A stretch of 64,000 nucleotides of DNA. Origin: a virus. Its lineage: Duplodnaviria; Caudoviricetes. A model generated the notes under the pieces. That model did not search any database and was not told the DNA's origin. It was given only the letters and a program-made list of their open reading frames with translations. The stretch is taken from IMG/VR virus record IMGVR_UViG_3300021060_000040, positions 32,001-96,000 of that record; one strand, 5' to 3'. How positions within the stretch are numbered: the first letter of the stretch is position 1; each line of letters starts with the position of its first letter. The translations under genes and the position numbers were made by a program. Of this stretch, positions 1 to 8,204 are shown in pieces.

Positions 1-2
1 AT

Positions 3-476
3 CTGGGCGACAACGAGCTGATCCTGTCGGTCCCGTGGCACAAGGGTCGGGCGACGGCCCGGATCTGGGCACGCGACATCCCTGGCCGCGACAGCCAGGC
101 AGCCCGGCGTTTCTCCACCCAGGAGGCGACCTTCGACCCCGACGCCCGGGATCTGCCTCGGATTGCTGCCGACATCACCCGCCGGGTCATCGACGCCTCG
201 GCCGAGGCGCTGGCCTCACAACGTGCCGAGGTGATGTGGCGGGACGCACGCCGGGCCGAGATGGAGACGCTGGCTGCCACCCTCGAGGCGAAGGGCATGA
301 CCGTATGCCGGTGCGAAGAGGATACCGAGCTGCGCTTCCACGGGCCCGGCCTCGGCTTTTCCGGCCGCACGGAGGCCGGCTCCCAGGACGCGGGCCGATT
401 CACCCAGATCCGGTTCGAGCACTTCACCGTCCCTGCGCAGAAGGCGCTGGCGGTGGTCGACGCCGTCAGGGGCTGA
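3..476 (+). CDS. hypothetical phage protein (5'-truncated by window edge)
   Basis: Frame 3 is open from base 3 to TGA 476 (extends the 231..476 ORF); GC3-rich codons. Confidence 0.6.
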   Translation: MGDNELILSVPWHKGRATARIWARDIPGRDSQAARRFSTQEATFDPDARDLPRIAADITRRVIDASAEALASQRAEVMWRDARRAEMETLAATLEAKGMTVCRCEEDTELRFHGPGLGFSGRTEAGSQDAGRFTQIRFEHFTVPAQKALAVVDAVRG

Positions 477-592
477 CCACATTCGGACGCCTTCCGCTAC
501 AACGCTTGCGCGAATTCAAGCAAGGAGCACACGATGCAGCCTGAGAGCTTCAACGCCATCATGGACAGCCTCGGCGGCTGAGGGAGGGGTCG

Positions 593-832
593 ATGCTCTA
601 CGAGAACATGACCTGGTCTCAGAAGCAGGACGCCATCGCCCTGGCCGAGGCCAGGATCCTGCGCCTGGATGTCGGCAGCCAGTTCACCGTGAAGTTCACA
701 GCCCGCGGGGTGCGCGAGGCGCGGATCACCCGCATCGGCAAGGCGCAGCAGCGCTTCTTCCAGAGCTACGACAAGACGAATCGGTGCTGGGGGCGGGAGC
801 GCAAGCTCTCGCCGCACGACCTGATCCGATGA
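593..832 (+). CDS. hypothetical protein
   Basis: Strong RBS GGGAGG upstream of ATG. Confidence 0.65.
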   Translation: MLYENMTWSQKQDAIALAEARILRLDVGSQFTVKFTARGVREARITRIGKAQQRFFQSYDKTNRCWGRERKLSPHDLIR

Positions 833-863
833 TTGTCAGCAACGAACTTAAGGAGATCTCCCC

Positions 864-1070
864 ATGCCCCAGACTGAAAGCGCCAAGCGGCGTGAGAAGC
901 ACAGGCTGGCCGCCATCAAGCGGTGCAACCACGCGGTCCTGTCCCTCGGGGAGCTGACCGACAAGACCGACCTGCAGGAGCTCAACGACCTCTCATCCGA
1001 GGCGGCGATGCGCCTGGAGGACGCCCTGCGGGAGATCGAGGCGTTCCGCGCCCTGATCTACGAGCTATGA
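864..1070 (+). CDS. hypothetical protein
   Basis: RBS AAGGAG; ATGA overlap with next ORF. Confidence 0.65.
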   Translation: MPQTESAKRREKHRLAAIKRCNHAVLSLGELTDKTDLQELNDLSSEAAMRLEDALREIEAFRALIYEL

Positions 1071-1219
1071 GCGAGCCGTCCCGCAAGCACCGAAAGCTGA
1101 TCGCCCGGCTGAAGCGCAGAAAGAACAAATCACCCGAGGATTGGGCCAAGCTCAAGGAGATCATGCGCTCGGGATTGCTGAACCAGTTCGATCCAATAAA
1201 GCCCCAGGAGAAGCAATGA
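1067..1219 (+). CDS. small basic hypothetical protein (MSEPSRKH...)
   Basis: ATGA coupling on both sides. Confidence 0.5.
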   Translation: MSEPSRKHRKLIARLKRRKNKSPEDWAKLKEIMRSGLLNQFDPIKPQEKQ

Positions 1220-1662
1220 ACGAAAAGCTCTACCTGCTGACCGTGCGCGAGGACACACGGTCGCGCACCGAACAGCGCTTCCGGGATGGACACCAAGCCG
1301 CCTGGGCCTACCGGGACGCCTGCAATCTTGTCGTGGCCGGCAAGGCGCTGAGCATCGAGCTGCTCGATCGCGGCGGCAACCGCATGGCCTTTGCCGAGGC
1401 CGGCCGGCCGATCCCGAAGGTGGGGGACCGAGTGCGGATCGTCGGCGATCCGACCTGGTCAAGCTGGAAGCGCCCCTCGATCGGCGATACCGGCACCATC
1501 CAAGAGCCACCCCGCGCACTCACTGACGGCACGGCGGTGCGCTGCGGCCTGCTGTGGTTCGAGATCGATCGTGAACTGCGCGATCGTGTTCATACCGATA
1601 TGTTCGTCAGGCCTTACGAGGTCGAGGTGCTCGCGGCCGCGTCTGCGGCCAAGGCTGCCTGA
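1216..1662 (+). CDS. hypothetical protein
   Basis: RBS AGGAG, ATGA coupling, start MNEKLY. Confidence 0.6.
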   Translation: MNEKLYLLTVREDTRSRTEQRFRDGHQAAWAYRDACNLVVAGKALSIELLDRGGNRMAFAEAGRPIPKVGDRVRIVGDPTWSSWKRPSIGDTGTIQEPPRALTDGTAVRCGLLWFEIDRELRDRVHTDMFVRPYEVEVLAAASAAKAA

Positions 1663-1727
1663 CGGCCCCTGCCGAACGATGCGTTTCGGCCGAGCCAGGG
1701 CGGCTCGGACTCATTCAAGGAGGACCC

Positions 1728-1910
1728 ATGAAGAAACCCGCCACCGACGATCAGCTCTACGTCGTCATGGTCAAGCGCGGCAGCCAACCCTACGAGCCGT
1801 CCTCCGACCCGGTCTCCCGCACGAAGTCGGCGGATCTGGTCAGGAGGCACTGGGGATCGGGCCGCTATGCTTGGCGCTTTCCCCTGCCGCCCGAGACAAA
1901 GGTCAGCTGA
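1728..1910 (+). CDS. hypothetical protein
   Basis: RBS AAGGAGG. Confidence 0.55.
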   Translation: MKKPATDDQLYVVMVKRGSQPYEPSSDPVSRTKSADLVRRHWGSGRYAWRFPLPPETKVS

Positions 1911-2062
1911 CTCACAGTCCTGCACAAGACCAAGCGCGGAATTGCATGATTTCTCGCACATGAGCAAACGATAGCCCTTGCACACCTACGCGAGCGCTTG
2001 CATGTTGCACGCCCACTGCAAACCAATCGGGTACCCGAAAAGGCTTAGGCAGGGAGATCCTC

Positions 2063-3022
2063 ATGCAAGCCACCCAGGCACGAGAATTCAATCTACAAAC
2101 TGTCCGATCAGGAACTGTCTCTAGAACTTACACTGTCATAAATTGCAGCAAATGCCCAAACGAATTTACTTTCTCGTCCGCCCGGAGACTGCCTGATGAA
2201 ATCATTTCCAAGAAAATACGTTCGCATGGGTGGCTGCTCAGTCGCGACCGACAGCACGACGTGTGCCCCGCTTGTCTTGGGGTGAAACCCGAGAACCGCC
2301 TCGCAGAGAAATTCCCCACCCGCCGCGCCGGTGCCCCAGTTCCAACACCCGCCGATTGCGTCGACACCGCTGCCCGTGTGCGCGACCGGGACCGCGCCAA
2401 GACCCTAGCCGCCCTCGACCGACTCTTCACGCCGCCGCCGGCTAAGCCAACCGCAGCTCCCGTGCCCCCAGCGCCGGCACCGACGCCAGCGGCCCAATCC
2501 GATCCCCGCATCGACATCCTGCAGAACGAGATCTCCCAAATGCGGGCGGCGATGGAGCTGCAGCTCGAGGTCACGCAGGAGATCGCCAACCAGAACCGCC
2601 GCCTCGTCGAGCAACAAGCCGTTTCCAACCGGCATCAGGAGCAACTGATCGAAGCCGTGGCCCGGATGGCGGCGATGACCGGCCGGCAGAACGAGTGCCT
2701 GACCGCAAACATCGGTCAAGTGGCGAACGCCCTGACCGGACTGCGCGATCTCGCCGAGACTCGCATGCGACTGGTGCCGCCCGCCCTTCTCGCCATTGAT
2801 GAGCTACCGCCGGCAGAGCCCAAGCCGCCGGCCACGCCGCGGCCCAAGCCGCGGGCCAAGCCGATATCGCGGTTCGCCAAGGCGGTCGAAGCGACACTTC
2901 AGGGACGGCCCAAGCCGCCGCCGATCGACGAGGAAGACCGCCAGCGGATGGATGCCGAGCGCCGCCGTCGCGTCGAGGAGCGCGCCCGCAACCGTCAACA
3001 GCGAATGATAGCCGCCGAATGA
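2063..3022 (+). CDS. Zn-ribbon / coiled-coil protein
   Basis: CSKC...CPAC pairs, central coiled coil, Pro-rich linkers; RBS GGGAG. Confidence 0.6.
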   Translation: MQATQAREFNLQTVRSGTVSRTYTVINCSKCPNEFTFSSARRLPDEIISKKIRSHGWLLSRDRQHDVCPACLGVKPENRLAEKFPTRRAGAPVPTPADCVDTAARVRDRDRAKTLAALDRLFTPPPAKPTAAPVPPAPAPTPAAQSDPRIDILQNEISQMRAAMELQLEVTQEIANQNRRLVEQQAVSNRHQEQLIEAVARMAAMTGRQNECLTANIGQVANALTGLRDLAETRMRLVPPALLAIDELPPAEPKPPATPRPKPRAKPISRFAKAVEATLQGRPKPPPIDEEDRQRMDAERRRRVEERARNRQQRMIAAE

Positions 3023-3083
3023 GCCGGCCGAGGGCCGAAGCTCCCTGCTGAGGCCCGGACCGGGAGACCGTCGAGGCAGACGT

Positions 3084-3644
3084 TTGCGCAGCTCCGCACA
3101 AGCCGCCAGCCCAAACCTATCCCGGGGCAGCGCCGCAGCTTCGCTGCCAGCCAGCTTGACTTGGGTGGTGATCGAGGACGGCACATCGCATCGGGCCCTC
3201 TGCGTCCAAGCTTCGTCGCCGAGCCGCATCCGCAAGTTCCTTCGCCACAAGGGCAACCTGTACGCGGTCGAGCGCGGTTACGGGGAGGATCATCTGGGGC
3301 GCCGGCTCGAAGGCGAGAGCAGGCGCCGGCTCGCCCGCAGCCTTCAGCGCCATGCAAACAGCGACGCCAGCCAGATCATGGTCGAGGTGATGCAGATCCG
3401 GGCGCAGGTCGAGGCCGTGCTCGAGATGGTCGCCCGCAGCGCTGGCCTGACGCGCGAGGCCCTGACCCGGCCGGGCCGAAGCCCGTGGCTTGCCAGAGCC
3501 CGGATCCGGGTAGCGCACGAGTTACGCTACGGTCTCAAGCTGCCCCTGGAGGAGGTCGCCATTGCCCTGCACTTGAAGGATCATTCGGCGGTCCGCTACC
3601 TGCTGAAGAAGGCCTACCCCGAGCTCGAGCAGGAGGTGACATGA
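3084..3644 (+). CDS. protein with DnaA domain-IV-like C-terminal HTH (start uncertain)
   Basis: RSPWLARARIRVAHELR...LPLEEVAIALHLKDHSAVRY resembles the DnaA C-terminal RQIAMYL..SLPEIG..RDHTTV motif. Confidence 0.6.
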   Translation: MRSSAQAASPNLSRGSAAASLPASLTWVVIEDGTSHRALCVQASSPSRIRKFLRHKGNLYAVERGYGEDHLGRRLEGESRRRLARSLQRHANSDASQIMVEVMQIRAQVEAVLEMVARSAGLTREALTRPGRSPWLARARIRVAHELRYGLKLPLEEVAIALHLKDHSAVRYLLKKAYPELEQEVT

Positions 3645-3976
3645 CCGCCAAATCGACGAACGCCAAACGTCGCGTGATGACCGGACCGCAGTTCCGCGCC
3701 TGGCGCGAAGCCCGCGGTTACTCGCTCGGGCGGATGGCCGACCTGTTCGGCGTGACGAAGTCCTCGGTTCAGGATCTCGATGCCGGCGGGTGCTCCCAGA
3801 TCCACGCCCTGGCCATGGCGGCGATCGATCACGGCGTGATGCCCTACACCCCCGATCCAGAGGAGGCTTCCAATGTCGAAGACCAAGTCGCTGAATCCCC
3901 AGTTCACACGACGGCTCCCAGCGATCATCGACGCACTCCTCGCCGCGATGCTCGCCGTCCGCCAGCCGTTGAATGA
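3641..3976 (+). CDS. XRE-family HTH protein
   Basis: MTGPQFRAWREARGYSLGRMADLFGVTKSSVQDLD; RBS AGGAGGT. Confidence 0.7.
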   Translation: MTAKSTNAKRRVMTGPQFRAWREARGYSLGRMADLFGVTKSSVQDLDAGGCSQIHALAMAAIDHGVMPYTPDPEEASNVEDQVAESPVHTTAPSDHRRTPRRDARRPPAVE

Positions 3977-4214
3977 TGCCGAGAGCCACATCCAGGAGCT
4001 GACCGAGTATCTCGATTTCGAAATCGGGAAGGCGCAGCTGGCCATGACCGGCGTCACGGATCTCGCCGCCCTGCAAGCTTGGATCGACCACTTGAGAATG
4101 ATCAAGGCGATCGCTGCCCCGGACGAGATGCGGCTCCCCGGCCTAGCGCTGCGCGAGCTCGTTGATCAGCTGCAAGAGAGCTTCACCGAAGACGCGGCAG
4201 ACCAAGCGGCCTGA
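3873..4214 (+). CDS. hypothetical protein
   Basis: RBS GGAGG; helical, GC3-rich. Confidence 0.55.
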   Translation: MSKTKSLNPQFTRRLPAIIDALLAAMLAVRQPLNDAESHIQELTEYLDFEIGKAQLAMTGVTDLAALQAWIDHLRMIKAIAAPDEMRLPGLALRELVDQLQESFTEDAADQAA

Positions 4215-4620
4215 CCGCCTTGCCACGCCCCGTCGCTTGCGCGATTTCAAGGACAGCGCAAATGAATTCAAGGAAGTGGGCGACGCTGTTTGCCCAGGAG
4301 CGACAAGTCCAGGACCCCCTCGCGGAGCTGCCCCATGCTTGACGAAATGGCCAAAGCCAGCCTGGTGCTGGCCGTGATGCCCGACGGGGACCTTCGGGTC
4401 ATCAAGAACGTCGCAGGCTCTCGCACCCAAGAAGATGGTTTGCTGGCTCTAGCAGAGCGCCTGCAACCGGATCTGCTCGACAAGGTGTTCCACCTGAGGA
4501 ACACCCATGTCCACCAGAGGAACGGATTTCTCACGAAATGACGCTTGCCAGTCACATCCCCCTGACTAGAACCGAGTCGTAATCGTCCCGAGTTCTGGAC
4601 GCGGATCGAAGGTCGTAGGT

Positions 4621-5040
4621 ATGCAGGGGGTCTTGAGGTACGGTGCGTTCACTATTGTCGAGGAGGGGCCGAACCTCGTTGCGACCAATATGGACGAAGT
4701 GAGCGACGGCGCGTACTTGGAAATTCAATCCGACTCTTACGATACTCTCATCGAGGCCCTGAAAACCATAGACAGGGTCTGTGAGAATTACAATCCGGCA
4801 ACCCGGGCTTTCGGCCCGATGCCCGATTGGCTGATCCCTTTTTTGATACACGGCGACCCTGCTCGGGTCGTTCTGCCGAGTAAGGACCTGCGCCGGCTGC
4901 TCAGCGTTCCGCCTGCGGTTCGCGATGCCGCCCACGCGTTGCTCGGCCTGTCGGTAACCGCAAGCGTCTGGGCAAGCCTCAGCTGTCGGACCTTCGCGGG
5001 GCTGCGCCATGTGATCGCCACCAGCCTCAGCCTGTCCTGA
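4621..5040 (+). CDS. hypothetical protein
   Basis: ATG ORF converging on the terminator at 5066-5093. Confidence 0.45.
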   Translation: MQGVLRYGAFTIVEEGPNLVATNMDEVSDGAYLEIQSDSYDTLIEALKTIDRVCENYNPATRAFGPMPDWLIPFLIHGDPARVVLPSKDLRRLLSVPPAVRDAAHALLGLSVTASVWASLSCRTFAGLRHVIATSLSLS

Positions 5041-5065
5041 AACCGTCGAGCGGATCCCCGCAACG

Positions 5066-5093
5066 AAAAGGGCGCCCCTGAGGCGCCCTTCTT
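5066..5093. terminator. probable bidirectional intrinsic terminator
   Basis: AAGGGCGCC-CCTGA-GGCGCCCTT hairpin flanked by A/T, between convergent genes. Confidence 0.7.
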
Positions 5094-5123
5094 ACGTTCT
5101 GGATCCATGCAGGCTAGGCCGGA

Positions 5124-5849
5124 TCAGGGCCTCACCATGACGCGAACGATCCCGAGCTCCTTGATCCGCTCACGAGGAACCCGCACGACACTGGCCTTCT
5201 TGGAACCGGAACCCGGCTCTTCGAGACCGATGCCGGCCGCGGTGACGTCGCGGACCAGACGGACCTTGGAGATCCCGCTGGTGTCGGTGATCATGACCAG
5301 GTCATCACGAGCCGGGTCGCGGAGCTTCGTCGCGAACATCATGGTCCGCTCCGGGATCAGCGGCGCGAGAGCATCGTCGGGCATGAAGAACGCGAAGGCG
5401 GTCGAGTCGCCCATGAGCTCCTGCGGCCGCGGTACGCGACGCACATCACGGTTGATCGGCTGGATCCCCTCCGGAAATGGCGAGACGCTGATCAGTCGCA
5501 CCGTCGACGGGCCCAGATCGCCGGAGGCAGTCAGCGACCGTGGGCGCTCGTTGCGGTCACCGTTGATCTCGGTCTGCGTGATCCCGTGCGCCTCCATGAG
5601 AGAGCGCGGCACGGCGTAGCCAGATCCGTCGCTAATCTTCTTGATGGTGCTGAAGGATAGGGAGTGGTGGTTGCGTTCGTCGTTGAGGAAGCGGAGCAGG
5701 GTGGACGGCGCGAGTACGGACTGGCGCGCCAGATCAGTGGGCGTCCAGTTCTTGTCCTTCAGGATCCGGTCGATCCAGTTACGAGCCTCCTGACGCTCGG
5801 CCGCATGCCGATCCGGAAGGGTACGCTCGCTCAGCGTCGTATTTATCAC
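5124..5849 (-). CDS. CI-like phage repressor (XRE HTH + S24-like C-terminal domain, catalytic residues apparently lost)
   Basis: N-terminal HTH WTPTDLARQSVLAPSTLLRFLN; C-terminal AFAFFMPDDALAP...DDLVMI...KVRLV; RBS AGGAGGT; divergent from lytic genes. Confidence 0.8.
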   Translation of the reverse strand: MINTTLSERTLPDRHAAERQEARNWIDRILKDKNWTPTDLARQSVLAPSTLLRFLNDERNHHSLSFSTIKKISDGSGYAVPRSLMEAHGITQTEINGDRNERPRSLTASGDLGPSTVRLISVSPFPEGIQPINRDVRRVPRPQELMGDSTAFAFFMPDDALAPLIPERTMMFATKLRDPARDDLVMITDTSGISKVRLVRDVTAAGIGLEEPGSGSKKASVVRVPRERIKELGIVRVMVRP

Positions 5850-6082
5850 CTAACTACCTCCTTCGTTCATGGCGCCGACCGTGACAAACCAGACCTCGAA
5901 AGCTCGCTCGCGGGCATTTGCGTTGCAAATGGGACGCAAACGGGTGTATGGGGGTTCGTCGCAGGAGATGGACACGAAACGCTCCCCAACACCGCGATAG
6001 CTATTCGCGTTTGCGTGCGCTTGCAAGTAGGCAAACGCAGTTTGAACCACAAAAGCGCATGTTGACCCCGCCAAAGTCTTAT

Positions 6083-6097
6083 GTTCCCGCTTTGTTC
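6083..6097. promoter_or_regulatory. alphaproteobacterial LexA (SOS) box
   Basis: GTTC-CCGCTTT-GTTC matches GTTC-N7-GTTC exactly; lies in the repressor/lytic intergenic region just downstream of a TTGACC hexamer. Confidence 0.7.
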
Positions 6098-6194
6098 TCG
6101 TCTGCGGGGGGTGGGATATGTTGCTGGCCGAGCACATGAGCCGCCTACCGAGCAGTAAACCTCGGATGGAATGCAGACTCGGCCGCCGGAATAT

Positions 6195-6206
6195 ATCGGG
6201 TACGCG
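6195..6206. promoter_or_regulatory. palindromic operator-like motif ATCGGGTAC(G/C)CG (also at 2026-2038 and 21050-21063)
   Basis: Three near-identical copies, all in long intergenic regions. Confidence 0.5.
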
Positions 6207-6392
6207 TTTTGACCTCAGGCACCCCAGAGAACAATCTAAGATGCTCTCCGGGAGGGCGCTCAAGGAATTTCAAATCCCAGCGTGATATTTCTTGATACCG
6301 TATTCCATAACCCAAATAAAATCTAACAATGATGCATATGGCCTGACGTAAAACTTGCACGCAAGCGCTCGCGCAAACGTTGCTCTGGATGG

Positions 6393-6854
6393 ATGACGAC
6401 GATGGCTCCGAGGAAGACAACACCAGCGAGTGCCCGGCAGGCGCGGATCACAGAGATCGTGGCCCCGGACTGGGACGGCGGCATACGCCTCGACCTCCCA
6501 CTTCCCACAAGCACCAACCTGATCTGGCGGGTTGGCCGCGGCCATACCTATCTCAACCCGGCCTACAAGAACTGGATGGAGCGGGCGAGCGCAGCGCTCG
6601 AGGCGCAGCGGTCCGGCCTGAACGTCGATCACATCCCGGGCTGGTTCGACGTCGCTATGATGCTGTCGGAGCGCAAGCGCGGGATCGCCGACATCGACAA
6701 TCGCGTGAAGGCGACCCTCGACTGGGCCAAGAAGGCCGGCCTGATCGTCGACGACAAGCTCGACAACCGCGTCGTGCTCGAATGGGGACCGCTGCCGGCA
6801 AGTCAGGTGCGGGTTTGGCTGGTGCCCTCGGAATCGGACCTGCCCGCGCCTTGA
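6393..6854 (+). CDS. rusA: RusA-family Holliday junction resolvase
   Basis: LPLPTSTNLIWR...DIDNRVKATLD...GLIVDDK motif. Confidence 0.88.
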   Translation: MTTMAPRKTTPASARQARITEIVAPDWDGGIRLDLPLPTSTNLIWRVGRGHTYLNPAYKNWMERASAALEAQRSGLNVDHIPGWFDVAMMLSERKRGIADIDNRVKATLDWAKKAGLIVDDKLDNRVVLEWGPLPASQVRVWLVPSESDLPAP

Positions 6855-6921
6855 CGTTTGCGCGATTTCAAACGAGATGCAAACGCCCAGGACACCGTCC
6901 GCTCGAACCCAAGGAGGCCCG

Positions 6922-7881
6922 ATGAAGGGCGAGTTCTACAAGATGGATTTCCGCGCCTGGAACCTCGGCACGGTTGATCTCAGTCTCGAGCAGGAGGCTG
7001 CCTACCTTCGGCTCTGCCATGCCATGTACGACGCCCGTGGCCCGGTGCCTGACACCACGCGCCTGCTGCAGGGGATCTTCCGCTGCGGCAACGTCAAGGC
7101 CAGCGCGCTGGTGCGCCAGCTGATCGAGGCTGGCAAGATCGAAAGGGATGCGACCGGCCGGCTTCTGAACCGGCGCGTGCTGGAAGAGCTGGCCCTTCGC
7201 CGCCGCGGTGATGGCCCCTCGCCGAGGGCTAGTGTCGCGTCCCTGAGAGACGGGTGCGGGCCGACTGCGGATCCGGTGACACGCGAGTGCCGATCGCGTG
7301 CAAGCTCGGTGAACCCCGAGTGGGAGGCCGATCCCCACCGAGTGACGACCTCTAAGGCACTGCAGGATAACGATCTTATTTCCACAGAGAAGAGAAGAGG
7401 AGAGGAGAATAGAGGAGAGCAGATCAGATCAGAGGCAGATTCAGCTGCTTTGCTGACCTCCGAACAGGAAGCGCGGATCGAGGCCGCGTTCGGGCCGGCT
7501 GTCGCCGGCCGGGCAGCGACGGTCGATCCAGGGGCAGCCTCCTCCACCGGGGCCGAGCGGCCGGTCGCGGCCGGACCGAAGCGCCGCGAGCCGCCGGAGG
7601 CCTACTTCATCGACCAGGACGACGGCTTCCGCGTCCTGAAGGCCGACATCGAGAAGTGGCAGGAGGCCTTCCCGCACCTCAACGTCGCCGGCGAGGTGCT
7701 CGGAGCGGCCGACTGGGTGATGCGCAACTGGGGCAAGGACTGGTTCCACCGGATGCGAACCTGGCTCGCCGGCAAGGACCGTGAGGCCAAGGCCGACGCG
7801 GACGCTCGCCGGATCCAGGCACAGGCCCAGGCCGCCGAGGCAGCCCGGCCCAAGCCCAACGGCCGGTACTACATCCCATGA
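6922..7881 (+). CDS. phage replication initiator, DUF1376/YdaU-like
   Basis: FYKMDFRAWNLGTVDLSLEQEAAYLRLCHAMY N-terminus; EKRRGEENRGEQ linker; RBS AAGGAGG. Confidence 0.8.
   Translation: MKGEFYKMDFRAWNLGTVDLSLEQEAAYLRLCHAMYDARGPVPDTTRLLQGIFRCGNVKASALVRQLIEAGKIERDATGRLLNRRVLEELALRRRGDGPSPRASVASLRDGCGPTADPVTRECRSRASSVNPEWEADPHRVTTSKALQDNDLISTEKRRGEENRGEQIRSEADSAALLTSEQEARIEAAFGPAVAGRAATVDPGAASSTGAERPVAAGPKRREPPEAYFIDQDDGFRVLKADIEKWQEAFPHLNVAGEVLGAADWVMRNWGKDWFHRMRTWLAGKDREAKADADARRIQAQAQAAEAARPKPNGRYYIP
7228..7440. repeat. candidate lytic replication origin inside initiator gene (11-bp phased iteron-like repeats + purine tract)
   Basis: GTG/CTG at 7232, 7243, 7254, 7265, 7276, 7287, 7298, 7309, 7320, 7342 (11-bp period), then an AT-richer stretch and an AGA-repeat tract 7386-7440. 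Confidence 0.5.
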
Positions 7882-8204
7882 GCGACCCAGCCAGGATGCT
7901 CGCTGAGGTCGGGATTCGTCTCAACAGCTACCGGCCGGGAAACTATTACGTCACATGCCCACAGTGTTCGCACCTCAGAAAAGGCGCGAAACAAAAGATC
8001 AAATGCCTCTCCGTGAAAATCGATGAGAGGGGTGTCGTGTGGAACTGCCACAACGACCAATGCGACTTCGCCGGAGCGCGTAATGACACTGAGCACTTGG
8101 CACCTCGCCGAGCTCGAGAACCGAAGCCTGGACGTCGACGTAGCGACGCGTATGGGGATCTACAGCGGGAAGCGCGTCAAAGATGGATTGGACGACCGGG
8201 GTGA
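7878..8204 (+). CDS. primase zinc-binding domain protein (separate ORF)
   Basis: CPQC...WNCHNDQC, like the Twinkle/T7-type primase ZBD. Confidence 0.7.
   Translation: MSDPARMLAEVGIRLNSYRPGNYYVTCPQCSHLRKGAKQKIKCLSVKIDERGVVWNCHNDQCDFAGARNDTEHLAPRRAREPKPGRRRSDAYGDLQREARQRWIGRPG

Noticed and set aside
2112-2127. Second LexA box GAAC...GAAC
   Set aside because: Spacer is 8 nt rather than 7, and it lies inside a coding region
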